DNA of 64,000 bases from Felis catus. Taxonomy: Eukaryota. A program made the position numbers and the translations under genes. Shown here piece after piece: positions 39,885 to 51,871 of this stretch; within the stretch, counting starts at the first letter, position 1; every line of letters starts with the position of its first letter. The notes under the pieces are model-generated. The model had not been told where the DNA came from, did not search any database, and saw nothing but the letters and a program-made list of their open reading frames with translations. Location of the stretch: assembly GCF_018350175.1 (NCBI RefSeq), contig NC_058368.1:93498001-93562000 (forward strand), in the 5' to 3' direction.

Positions 39885-40130
39885 GTACTAGTACTAATAA
39901 GAATAAGAGCATTGGTATTACTCGCATACGTCCATGAACTATGCCAATGACTTCATATATCTTATCACACGTGATCCACATACCAACCCCCACTTGAGAG
40001 ATGAGAAAACAGAGTCACTGGTTTAGATGAATTTCCCAAGATCTTACACATGGGAACCAGGGACTCTGGGGGTTGAACTGGGGGACACTGAGCCCACCAC
40101 CCATGCTGCTAACTCTATAGTACACAGCCT
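39885..40130 (-). mobile_element. MIR remnant
   Basis: GAGATGAGAAAACAGAG...CCCAAGATC. Confidence 0.5.
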
Positions 40131-40187
40131 CCTAATTTTAGTGAGACAAAGAAGAGAGAAAAAGTCGTGAAAAATAAATGTCTTACA

Positions 40188-40512
40188 GGGGCGCCTGGCT
40201 GACTTAGTTGGTGGAGCATTCAACTCTTGATCTTGGGCTCATGAGCTCAAGACCCACACTGGGAGCGGAGGTTACTTTTAAAACAACCTAAATGAATAGG
40301 GGTGCCTGGGTGGCTCAGTCAGTTAAGCGTCCAACTTCAGCTCAGGTCGTGATCTCACAGTTGGTGGGTTCAAGCCCTGTGTCGGGCTCTGTGCTGACAG
40401 CTCAGAGACTAGAACCTGCTTCAGATTCTGTCTCTCCCTCTCTCTCTGCCCTCCTCCACTCATAGTCTGTCTCTGTCTCTCTCAAAAATAAATAAGCATT
40501 AAAAATAATTTT
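40188..40512 (+). mobile_element. Old short CanSINE (40188-~40285) followed by a younger CanSINE (40299-40512)
   Basis: Two SINE heads; outer TSD ATAAAT(G/T)TCTTA. Confidence 0.92.
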
Positions 40513-42504
40513 AAAACAGAACTAAATTAATAAATTTCTTATATTCTTACAGGTCTTTCCACTTAAGAACATAAGAAAAAAAAACATAAGAGAAATTTTG
40601 CCAGGAATCAAGGCAAATCTTTGCTCTAATTCTAGACCACCATTCCCAGTGGCCATTTGAAATCTGTTTATTCACTGACAGCACTGGTTTACCTTTAGAA
40701 ATAAAAAGCTCTTCCACTTCAGCACACAAAAGAAATTCAAAAGGAGGATGTAAATTCAGATATTCCCAAGCATAAATATGACAACCTCTCTGGTAGTATC
40801 TTCCTTGCAAAGAAGAAAGTTAGAAAAGCAGATAGAAAAATCATGGCCATAACTTCCAGCTGATTCCAATTAACATAGCTCTTGAAAAAAAAAGTAAATG
40901 GTAAAATAGGCCACAAGCTCGAATTAGAGATAGCAAGTCTTGGAAAGCATTCACATTTTCAATGAAAAGACAAATTAAGCATAAAATAAACATTAGCCCA
41001 ATGGTTCAAACTCAAGAAGAAATAAAAATGGGTCAAGACCAATCAACTGTAAGCACATGTCATCTAGACTTATGGGGGAAAAAATGAAACAAATGGGAAA
41101 ATCGTGCTGAAAAGCATGATCCACAAACAACGAAAGGAGACAGCACAGAAGTCAAGGGCAAGGTGAATAATCTGTTAACACTGGCCTATTTCCCTGATTT
41201 CACTGGAGTTTTTTCAGAAAAAAGCCAAGAAGCAACACTGCACTCAATCTGAAGGCCCATAAAGTAAGAATACCCCCCAAAAGGTGAAGTCCGTATCTAC
41301 TGAGGGGATAGGAAGTGTCAAGACAGAGGAAGACTGTCTGCCAGCCAGAGGGGTCGCTGGGAAAAAAGATCCACAAAGAACATCATCTAATATTCAGAGG
41401 TCTGTGGGGCATGGGAGTTACAGGGAAAGGAGAAGGTTTGTGGTGAGTTCCAACCATCATTCTACCCTCAAACCTGGGGAGAGGGGGGATGAAAATCACA
41501 GAACAGGCAGCCGGTAGGAGTCACATTTTCCTCACCCAGTAGGGTCCTGTTAGAAAAAGAAGACATTCACCAGGCCACAAAAGGAAGGGTTTGTGTTGAA
41601 AAAGAAAAGAGAGAGCTCTTTCAACATAATGTGAAGGACAGGCTGTCTTCAGCTGTTTGTGAACCTTAGCTCTTTATAATGGAAATACACAGAAGGGGAT
41701 GTGTTCTTTTTCTGTTGGAACCTGAACGATGGAAGCAGCAATTCTGAAACCTCAAAATATTGCCCTGGAGGCTGAGGCACCCTCTTCCTTAGCCACATCC
41801 ATTCAAGCATCAGCCCCATCAACAGACCTCTTTGGAAGGCTGACTCAGTGACTGGTACGGGGACAGGGACATGGAGACGTCAAACAGCCACGGGTCATCC
41901 TAAAGAAGCTTACATGTGTCGGAAGTGCTTAGCCATGATCTGAATGAATGCCCTGTCCCTCCAGGTAAAATGTGCCAAATGCTGATAAGGAAGGAAAGGA
42001 TCCTGACTTCTCAGGGGGAGAGCGTCAGCCATCCAGGGAGGAAAACCTGAGCCAGTTTCTGAAAGGAAGAGTTGCCCCAGTCACATCTTCAAGGAGGAAC
42101 ACAATTTCTACAGGGTAGAAGAGACAGGGTAAAGAAGCATACTGAAGGGACACAGAGCATCAATGAGGACTCAAGATGAAAAAATAATACTAATTAGGGA
42201 ATGGAGAAAGAGGAAGGAGTAGGTTGCTTCGGCTATAGGCGACCAACAAAGGGTGATACAAAGCAGAAAAGGGAATATGGAGCTAAAAGACACAATTCCT
42301 AGAAAATCAATGCAAGTGAATTTGACGGGGAGGCACTAAATGTTTTTAGTTTGGGGAATGATAGGACCACAACTCAACCATAAGGAAGAAGTGCTCAGTA
42401 GCTCGGGGGAGGAGAGAATGCAGGTGAGGAGAGTCATTATCCACTGACCTCAGGCAGTAAGAGCTACACTAGAAAAACAACAACAGAGGGAGAGGGGACT
42501 TAGT

Positions 42505-42889
42505 GGCTGATGGAATGATCCCACTAATAGCCCAAATTCTTTACCCCTCTCAGTATCCAGACTCTTCACCACACGCCATGGCAGTGATTCCCACTCAAAC
42601 GGTGGGGTGTGTTTCCTCGCCTCTTGAATCTGGACTCTTTCAGTGAAAGGAAGCACAAGGAAGAGTGTGCCAGTCTGAGTCCAGCCTTGGAGAAGCCTTG
42701 AACAATTCTGCTGGTGCTCTGTACCTTCATCTAGCCCAGCTGGTCCACTGGAGCCAGTCAGCCATCACCTCAGCCAGCAGAGCGCAATTAAGGGAAGTGA
42801 GCCCAGCCAGATCAGTACAGTGACCTGGCCAGCCCCCATCTAACCCCAGATTTAGGAGCCACGAACCTACTGGGTGCCAGTAAATAAAG

Positions 42890-42929
<40 letters not shown>

Positions 42930-42974
42930 GAGTGTCTATTGTACAGCATGATTGGGGCACTGGATAACTGACAC
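42505..42974 (+). mobile_element. MLT1F/G-like LTR containing a (GTT)n repeat at 42889-42928
   Basis: CCAAATTCTTTACCCCTC...CCTCTTGAATCTGG...GGATAACTGACAC. Confidence 0.65.
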
Positions 42975-43165
42975 TGTAAATGCAAAGAGAAAAAGGGAGG
43001 AGGAGGGCAGATAAAGAGGGCAATACAGGAAGGAATATATGAAATCAGTAGGGTTTGTGCTTAGGACAGTAATGGTAACCAATAGGGACAGAGGATCCCC
43101 ATTGGAACAGCGTCTTTTTAGACAGTTGCCTAACAGGCTAAAGAAGCATGTCCAAATATATAAAC

Positions 43166-43351
43166 CAGGGGACGACAAACCATACCCCATGAGGCAAATT
43201 TAGCCTGTGGCCTCCCTGTTCCTATAAATAAAGTTTTATTGGAACACAGCCATGCTCATTTGATTACCTACTATCCAGGCCTGCTTTGGCACTACAACAG
43301 AAAGTACTTACTTACTCTCTGGCCCCATACAGAAAAATATTTGCTAGCCCT
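43166..43351 (+). mobile_element. MER58A hAT-Charlie DNA transposon, internally deleted
   Basis: AAATAAAGTTTTATTGGAACACAGCCATGCTCATT matches MER58A; CAGGGG terminus; 8-bp TSD ATATAAAC/TCATAAAC. Confidence 0.85.
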
Positions 43352-43399
43352 TCATAAACAATTAAGTTGTTTAATGGTTTTTAAATTGTTAAAAATGTA

Positions 43400-43496
43400 A
43401 CAGTTCAATGTGGGGCTTCAACTCACAACCCTGAGATCAAGACCTGAGCTGAGATCAAGGGTGGGACGCTTAACTGACAGAGCCACCCAGGCGCCT
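43400..43496 (-). mobile_element. Partial CanSINE (5' part)
   Basis: Ends GAGCCACCCAGGCGCC. Confidence 0.85.
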
Positions 43497-43699
43497 CAGA
43501 AATCATTTCTTATAAGAAGAGAGACCACACCTTCAACACAGGCAAACTGTGTCCCTTTTTCTCTTTATTATGTTTACGGTGTAGTAATATCCTCGTGGTA
43601 TTAACAGTGTGATGTGTATCAAGGAGAGAAATACTGAATAACTCAAATGATGAAAAAGTGGTCCGGCAACACTCCCAACAGAATTAGCCTTCTTCTTAC

Positions 43700-43814
43700 C
43701 TGTCTCCCTGTTTTGTGTCACTAGTGTTAGTACTAGTGAGGCTAATTAGGTTAGTACTGAAAAGAGCCAGCTTCACATCAGGTGTGGATAAGTGCAGAGA
43801 AAGTTCTGCTTTAA
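43700..43814 (-). other. Candidate exon of an unidentified minus-strand transcript
   Basis: Consensus donor CAG|GTAAGA at 43700/43699; acceptors TTTTTTTTCTTTGCTAAAG| (115 nt) or CTCTTTTCAG| (43756, 57 nt); non-repetitive context. No transcript evidence available. Confidence 0.3.
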
Positions 43815-43837
43815 CTTTAGCAAAGAAAAAAAACAGC

Positions 43838-43859
43838 AGATAAGGCTTTGAGTCATTGG
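43838..43859. promoter_or_regulatory. Compact GATA, AP-1 and CCAAT motif cluster
   Basis: AGATAAG 43838-43844, TGAGTCA 43849-43855, ATTGG 43855-43859. Motif matches only. Confidence 0.3.
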
Positions 43860-45748
43860 TTATACAGTCGAGGGACAAAATGCATAATAATAAATACTTA
43901 TTTCAATTAAACATAAATATTATGTGTATGTTAGGTGCTTTATTCTATTATTAAATGACTTCTGTTTTTTTAAAAAAGGTTGCAGAATCCCTCTGCATTT
44001 TGTCATCATGAAGGAGTATGTGTCATATGGGGGCTGGGGACTATAACATAAATCTCTATATCTAACTCATTCAGAGGACATTCACAAGAATGACCAGAAA
44101 TCAAAGCCACTGTGGGGCCTAAGAGAGGCTGAGGGTATAATGGGAAATGTATGGGATTTGGAGTCAAACTCCTGTTCCAGGGGTGAGCACCTCTTAACAC
44201 CTCCGTGTCTCCATCTGGAAACTACTGCTGTGATAACATCTGTGCCCAACTTATTCTAGAGGGCATTCATAAGAATCAAAGCAAAAGGCATATCCAACAC
44301 CCATTATAAGAAATCAAGTGCTATTCCAATGTTAAGGTATCTATACAGATATTTATAAATGTGTGAGCAAATGATGTCAGGAATTAAATATGCAGAGTAA
44401 AACCCTAAATTCTAGAAGACACTTATGACATTTTAATCAACAGAAGGCTTCTTTCACCACATTCCAACAAAAGGGAAAATGTATGAAAGAATCTCAACCC
44501 TTAATAAGCTGGATTTCTAAAGCTGGTGCCTAATTTATATGCAAATCACTGAAAACATCTGCCAGTTGTTCCAAGCCCCATTTATGTTGATCACATTTCT
44601 AATTGTGGTTTCTTGGTGAGCCAGTTGACTCATACAAGCACATCAATAAAAGCTGACCTCTATAGGAAGTGATTCGGAAATTATGTGGGAACTGTGGTGT
44701 GATTGATACCCCTCACAAGTTGCTAATTAGCTTTCAGAAATCTCCTGGAGGTATTGATAGCTTCGCGATGTCACCTAAATGGTCGGTTGTTCATTCAAGA
44801 GCACCGGTCGTGTGAGTAGAAAGGATCCCTTTTGGTGGGTTTTTTAGCTCTTTGGTGAAAAACATTGTGATTTAATTCCTGGGGTGAGTTTATATAAATA
44901 CATATAAAGAACAACCTTTATGAAAAGGGCCAGATGAGGCCAACCTTATGAAAAGCGCTGGGAATCAGGGTATCTCAGTGTAGCCACTAATTAGCCACAT
45001 GTCCTGGAGAAATTCACCACCTCTCTGGCCTGTTTACTTATTTATGAACCAGGGCTCCTAAATCCACTTCCATCCTTAGACTGGGGCAAGACGGACCTTG
45101 CTCTGGGCCCAATTCTCGATCTGTTTGGCCAAATGCTCTCTTCTCCCACTTCCAGTGAGGTGGGGAGACCATGGGGTCAAGGTAATCCGTCTACCTGAAG
45201 ATGATACTTGGCGCTTGCCTTCGACTCCTGAGACCCTCAAATACTCTGCCCAAATGCAATAATCCTATCTCAAAGGTCAGTATAGACCTCTTCTCCGGGT
45301 CCACCCTCCCAACAGAAGGACACACCCCATCATGTACATCCAACTGCCAAGGGACAGCTGTTGGCAGACGGTGCAAAAAGAATTTGCAGGCCCCTTGCTG
45401 TGCACGACTGAGGGAAGAGACAGGGTAGGGGTGTGGAGGTACCATGGTAGTTTCCCCCATGCTGCCACATTCTGGTATTGAACTCTGGGAAGTTGCAAAA
45501 TTCCAGATTCAAACTGGGACTTTTAGATTGTTGTGAAGGTGGTCTTGCCCGGGTAGGAGGACAGAACATCTTTCTTACAGTGTGTTGGCCTCATCTATTG
45601 TCTTTAAACATTTAGACAATTGCTATGTGTGGGTCTTCATGTCTTTTCTTGCCCTAGGCCTCACAAAGGTTAGTGGTATGCCTGCCAGAGCAAACCTCTC
45701 TAAGGTCCCTTCCAGCTCTAACTTCTTTCAGAGGAAACTGAAGAACAC

Positions 45749-45800
45749 TGAGACTAGAAGTTTCTCTGGTTAAATGAGACTAGAAGTTTCTCTGCTTAAA
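45749..45800. repeat. 26-bp tandem duplication
   Basis: TGAGACTAGAAGTTTCTCTG(G/C)TTAAA twice. Confidence 0.95.
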
Positions 45801-45815
45801 TCATCCATCTGTTTG

Positions 45816-46047
45816 GGGCACCTGGGTGGCTCAGTCGAATAAGCGTCCAACTTCTCAGGTCATAATCTCGTGGTTCACGAGTTCAAGCCCCATGTCGGGC
45901 TCTGTACTGACAGCTCAGAGCCTGGAGCCTGCATCATATTCTGTGTGTGTCTCTCTCTCTGCCTCTACCCTGCTCGCGCTCAGTCTCACTCTTTCTCTCT
46001 CTTTCTCAAAAGTACATAAACACACACACAAAAAAAAAACTTTAAAA
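45816..46047 (+). mobile_element. Felid CanSINE
   Basis: TSD AAATCATCCAT(C/T)TGTT. Confidence 0.95.
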
Positions 46048-46137
46048 AAATCATCCATTTGTTCAAATGACTCCTTAAGCAAATTATTCAACTTCCCTAT
46101 GTATCAGTCTCTTCTCATATAAAAAAAATCATGTTGA

Positions 46138-46336
46138 GGGGGCGCCTAGGTGGCTCAGTTGATTAGGCGTCCAACTCTTGATTTCAGCTCGGGTCATGAT
46201 CTCCGGGTTTGTAGGATGGAACCCCACATCTAGCTCTGCACTGTTAGCATTCTCTTTCTCCCTCTCTCTCTGCCCCTCCCTAACTCATACGCATGCTCAC
46301 ACACTCTAGCTCTCTCTCTCTCAAAATAAATAAACT
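46138..46336 (+). mobile_element. Felid CanSINE
   Basis: SINE head, CT tract and AATAAA tail. Confidence 0.92.
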
Positions 46337-46465
46337 TATGTTGCAAAGTAATACTGAGGATGAAATGACAAAATCTACTGAAAATTCTGACACTTAAGGA
46401 GGACTTCAACATATGCTAGCTCTTTGCTATGGGAGAATGTGAGATTTACAAATGGATGAAGCAGT

Positions 46466-47105
46466 CCAGCAGTCATGTGCCTTGGGATTTACCCTAAGGA
46501 CTTGAAAACCTCCACCTAAAAGCCTGCACGCAGATGTTGACCACAGCTTTATTCATAATTTCCAAAGCTTGAAAGCAACAAAGATATCCTCCAGTGGATA
46601 AATGGATACACACGAGCTATCAAGCCATGAAAATACACGGAGGACACTTTAATCCACATTGCTAAGTGAAAGAAGCCAATCTGAAAAGGCGACGGGATTC
46701 CAAGTATATGGTATTCTGGAAAAGGTAAAACTACGGCGACAGTACAAAAAAAACCATGGGTTAGGGAAGACGGATAAGTGGGCAGAACACAGAATATGTT
46801 TAAGGCAGTGAATAAACTCTGTGTGATACTATAATGGCAGATACGTGTCATTATGCATTTGTCAAAACCCATAGCATGTACAACATTGAGATCAAACTGT
46901 AATGTAAACTATGGACTTTGAGTGGTAATGATGTGTCGATGCAGGGTTATCAATTACAATACATGTACCACTCTGGTACAGAGGGCTCACAGTGTGGGAG
47001 GATGCAGCATGTGTGGGAACAGGGGGTATGTGGGACAGGTCTGTACCTTCCCCTCAATTTTCTGTGAGCCTAAAACTGCTCCAAAAAATCATCTTTTTTA
47101 TAAAA
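46466..47105 (+). mobile_element. L1MC1/2-like 3' end
   Basis: AATGTAAACTATGGACTTTG...GATGTGTC and GAGCCTAAAACTGCTCCAAAAAAT match the recalled L1MC1 3'UTR. Confidence 0.8.
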
Positions 47106-47812
47106 ATGGATGAATAAATTCTATCATAAGACATACCTACTGTCACCCACTTCTCCCTCAACAACAATGAGCTTCTGCTAAAAGAGTTATTCCAAAGATC
47201 AATAACGATGCTTTTATCTGCAATGAGGAACTTTAGCTCATCAAAAAAAAGAAAGTCATTCAAATTATGAAGCAGCTGTTCTTTACCAGCTGTTTGTGGA
47301 TAATCTCACCAGCAGTGTCAGACATGGAGTTCCAGAAATACAAAGATGCTAAAACAGCAGTAACTCAGAGCATAGTTTACAGCAAGGAATTTAACGCTTG
47401 GAGGAGACAGAGGACGGTGCCATTGCTCGACATAGGGGTGTTTACCAGTTTTGAACCTGAGCTGACAGAGTCAGGGGTTCTTCTGCAATAAATCTAGTGA
47501 CCAGTGTTTGCATACTACTCTGATGAACAAGTGGTTTTATGTTTAAAAGTCATCGATATAAAGAATGCATCAGTTAGTGAAGGCCAATGGAATTATATTT
47601 GTGTCCAGTTCTCAGTGCCCTTGAGGAGCTGAAGTGACTAATGCTCTGTGGAGAATATGCTGAGCATAGAGGGAACAGAATTAACCCTCTTTTTTCAGCC
47701 CTCTCTTTTCAGACCTCTCTTCCGAGGAAAGGGTGATACAGAATGTTCTATTCTCCAGTTGTCCAATACCCCCATATTCAAGGAAATCCCCAAGTTTTTA
47801 GGAGAGAAATAT

Positions 47813-47924
47813 GGAAGGAAGGAAGGAAGGAAGGAAGGAAGGAAGGAAGGAAGGAAGGAAGGAAGGAAGGAAGGAAGGAAGGATGGAAGAGAGGGAGGGA
47901 GGGAGACAGGGAAGGAAACAGGGG

Positions 47925-47986
<62 letters not shown>
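47813..47986. repeat. (GGAA)n followed by (GA)n microsatellites
   Basis: Seen directly. Confidence 0.97.
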
Positions 47987-47989
<3 letters not shown>

Positions 47990-48459
47990 AGAGAAACTGC
48001 TCTTCAAGTCTCCTCATAGCCTGATGCATTACTCAGATGAGGGTGATGCCTGGAGAAACAGGCATAGTAAGAAAACCATACCCTGGAGCACACAGGCGCC
48101 AAAATAAAGACACACCTAAGCATCCCAGATATATATAAAAATTCAGCTAAAGCAATGCAATGCTTCAAGGATGAACCAGGAAATCAACCTTGAAAAATAT
48201 GCTCACTTTCACTGGCAAAATCTCAGACTTCCTATAGGAAACAGTCATTGTTTTAATATTCAGTTGTTGAGTTGATCTAGTGGAGGTGTTTTTAAGGTTA
48301 TAAAGAAATAAATGAAATTTTGTGGATGCTTGGAACTAGATTATTCCTCACTGGGAATAAGTCCTTCATGATAACACAGGATCTATAATTAGCCATGTAA
48401 GAAATAACCATGGATCAGCCTCCCTTCCCACTCAGCACTGGTCAAGCTTTAATTAATTG

Positions 48460-48870
48460 ACCAGTTTTTGGCTCAGCAACTGAAGTCTGATACTGAGTAT
48501 TTGGAGGGGGCCCAAGAAAGAACAATGAAAATGATTAGGAAGTATTCCCCATGAGGAAAATGTAAAGAAACAGGGCTTATTTAACCTAGAAAAAAAAAAA
48601 AAAGACTCAAGGGAAACTTAGTAATTTCCTTGAATAGATGAAAGGCTAATATAAGAATGACATGAACATGATTATTTTTACTGATAAGAGTTTAAGAGAT
48701 GATACTGAAGCAGAAAAAAATTAAATTTGATATTAGGGGAGCTGGTATGATCTGTGATATATTGAAAATTAAAGGAATAATTTTTCTTACATGCATTTAA
48801 GAAAGTAATCCTTTAGTGATGCCTTGTACCTTAGGGAAAAGTAGATAAAGTGGGTCTCTAGAAGTCCATT
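48460..48870 (+). mobile_element. Ancient CR1/L3 LINE remnant
   Basis: CATGAGGAAAATGTAAAGAAACAGGGCTTATTTAACCTAGAAAA...AGACTCAAGGGAAAC resembles the CR1 RT C-terminal [21 protein letters not shown] region. Confidence 0.6.
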
Positions 48871-50501
48871 GTCTGAAATGTAAAGTATTTTTAGGACAAA
48901 TAATTCAGTACTACTACCTCATGGGTATCCTCCACATCAGAGTCTATACATAAGGATCCCAAGGATTTTTAAAAGTACACCAAAAAATCAAAAAGGAAAG
49001 AGTGGCTTTGAATGACACATTAGACCAGATGGACCTAACACATATACTTACAACATTCCATCAAAAACAGTGGAATACACATTCTTTTCAAGTGTATATG
49101 GGACAGTCTCCAGAATAGGTCACAAGTTTGGCCACAGAATAAGTCTCAATAAATTCAAAAAAACTGGTATCCTATCATGCATCTTTTCCAACCACAACAG
49201 CATGAAACGAGAAATCAACCACAAGAAAATAATATGGAAAAAACACAACTACATGAATGCTAAATAGCATGGTACCCAACAATGAATGGGTCAACCAAGA
49301 AATCAAAGAGAAAATAAAAAGCAACTGGAGACAAGTGAAAACGAACACACAGCAGTCCCAAATCTGAGATGTAGCAAAAGCTGGTCTAAGATGCAAGTGT
49401 ATAGCAATACAGGCCTACCTCAAGAAACAAGAAAAATCTCAAATAAACAAGTTAATCTTATGTTTAAAGGAGCTAGAAAAATAAAAAAACAAAGACTGAA
49501 GCCAATAAGAGGAAGGAAATAATAAAGATAAAAGTAGGAACAAATGAAATAGACTAAAATGACAATAGAAACATCAGTAAAACCAGGAGCTAGTTCTTTG
49601 AAAAGATCAACAAAACTGATAACCCTTTAGCCAGACACCTCAAAAAAAGAGAAAACTCAAATAAATAAAATCAAAGTTAAGGAGGAGAAATAACACAGAC
49701 ACCACAAAAATGCAAAGGATTGTAAAAGAATATTATGAAAAATTACATACCAACAAATTGGACAACCTACAGGAAATAGATAAATTCCTAGAAACATATA
49801 ATCTTCCAAAAGTGAATCAAGAAGAAAAAAAAATTGAACAGACCAGTTACTACCAATGAAATTGAATCAGTAATAAAAAAAACAAAAAGAAACTCAAACA
49901 GAAGTCCAGGACCAGATGGCTTCATAGATGAATTCTACCAAACATTTAAGGAGGAGTTAACTCCTATTCTTCTCAAACTATTACAAAAAATAGCAGAGGA
50001 AGAAAAACTTCAAAATAAATTCTATAAGGTCAGCATTACCCTGATACTAAAACCAGATAAAGACACTACACAAAACTACTCTGATGAACATTGATGCAAA
50101 TATCCTCAACAAAACGTTAGTAAACCTAATCCAACAAAAAATTAAAAACATCATTCAACTTGATGAAGTGGAAATTATTCCAGGGATGCAAGAGTAGTTC
50201 AACATTCACAAATTAATCATTTTGATACATAACACTAACAAAAGAAAGGATAAAAACCAAATGATCATTTCAATAGATGCAAAAAAAAAAAAAAAAAGCA
50301 TATGGCAAAGCACAACATTCATTCATGGTAAAAAAAAAAAACAAAACAAAACAAAACAAAAAAAAAACCTCAAAAAGTAGGTTTAGAGGGAACATACCTC
50401 AACAAAATAAATATCACATATGAAAAAGCCACAGCTAACATCATACTCAATGGTGGAAAACGGAGAGCTTTTCCTCTAAGATCAAGAATATGACAAGGAT
50501 G

Positions 50502-50732
50502 GGGGCGCCTGGGTGGCGCAGTCGGTTAAGCGTCCGACTTCAGCCAGGTCACGATCTCGCGGTCCGTGAGTTCGAGCCCCGCGTCAGGCTCTGGGCTGAT
50601 GGCTCAGAGCCTGGAGCCTGTTTCCGACTCTGTGTCTCCCTCTCTCTCTGCCCCTCCCCCGTTCATGCTCTGTCTCTCTCTGTCCCAAAAATAAATAAAC
50701 GTTGAAAAAAAAAATTAAAAAAAAAAAAAAAA
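50502..50732 (+). mobile_element. Very young felid CanSINE
   Basis: CpG-rich body, long A-tail, perfect 18-bp TSD AAGAATATGACAAGGATG at 50484 and 50733. Confidence 0.98.
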
Positions 50733-51050
50733 AAGAATATGACAAGGATGTCTGCTCTCATTACTGCCATTCAACACAGTACTAGAAGTCCTAGCCACAG
50801 CACTCACACATGCAAAAAAAAATAAAAGGGGTCCAAATTGGGAAGGAAGAAGTAAATCTGCCACTATTTGCATATGAAATGATACTATATATAGAAAACC
50901 CTAACAACTTCACCAAAAAAACAATCAGGGCTGTTAAGTGAGTTCAGTAAAGTCACAGTACACAAAATTAATGTATAGAAATCTGTTGCATTTCTATACA
51001 CTAATAATGATGTAGCAGAGAGAGAAGTCAAGAAAATGATCCCATTTACA

Positions 51051-51250
51051 GGGTGGGGGTGGCTGGTCAGTTAAGTATCCAACTCTTGATTTCAGTTCAG
51101 GTCATGATCTCACAGTTAATGAGTTGGAGCCCAGAGTTGGGCTCTGCACTATCACTGCGGAACCTGCTTGGGATTCTCTCTCTCCCTCTCTCTCTGCCCC
51201 TTGCGTGCACATGTGCACACACTAAGTAAATAAACTTTTTTTTAAAAAAT
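51051..51250 (+). mobile_element. CanSINE within L1
   Basis: SINE body; degenerate TSD CCA(T/C)TTACA. Confidence 0.9.
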
Positions 51251-51675
51251 GAAAACCATGCCACTTACAATTACACCCCAAATAACAAAATACCTAGGAA
51301 TAAACTAAAGAGGTGAAAGACCTATATTCTAAAACGTATAAAACATTAATGAAAGAAATTAAAAATGACACAAAGATATCCATGCTCATAGATTACAATA
51401 CTGTTAAAATGTCCGTACTACCCAAAGTAATCTACACATTGAATGCAATCTTTATTAAAATACCAACAACATTTTTCACAGAACTAGAACAAGTAATACT
51501 AAAATTTGCATGGAACCACAAAAGACCCCCAAATAGCCAAAGCAGTCTTGAGAAAAAACAAAGCTGGAGGTATCACAATCCCAGATTTCAAGATATACAA
51601 CAAAGCTGTATCAAAACAGTATGATACTGGTACAAAAACAGACACACAGAACATGAATTTTAAAAAATAGTCATT

Positions 51676-51871
51676 GAGCCTGGGTAGCTCAGTCAGTTAA
51701 GCACCTGACTCTTGATTTGGACTCAGGTCATGATCTCACAGCTAGTGAGATCAAGCCACATGTCAGACTACACACTGACAGCATGGAGACTGCTTTGGAT
51801 TCTCTCCCAGGCTTGCTCTCTGCCCCTCTCCCACTCTTTCTCTCTTTCAAGATAAATAAACTTAAAAAAAA
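51676..51871 (+). mobile_element. CanSINE within L1
   Basis: GCCTGGGTAGCTCAGTCAGTTAAG head. Confidence 0.9.

Noticed and set aside
47648..48029. Charged low-complexity ORFs (GRKE/ER repeats)
   Set aside because: Translations of (GGAA)n and (GA)n; the YI/HT ORFs at 2.1 kb and 29 kb are the same kind of artefact.
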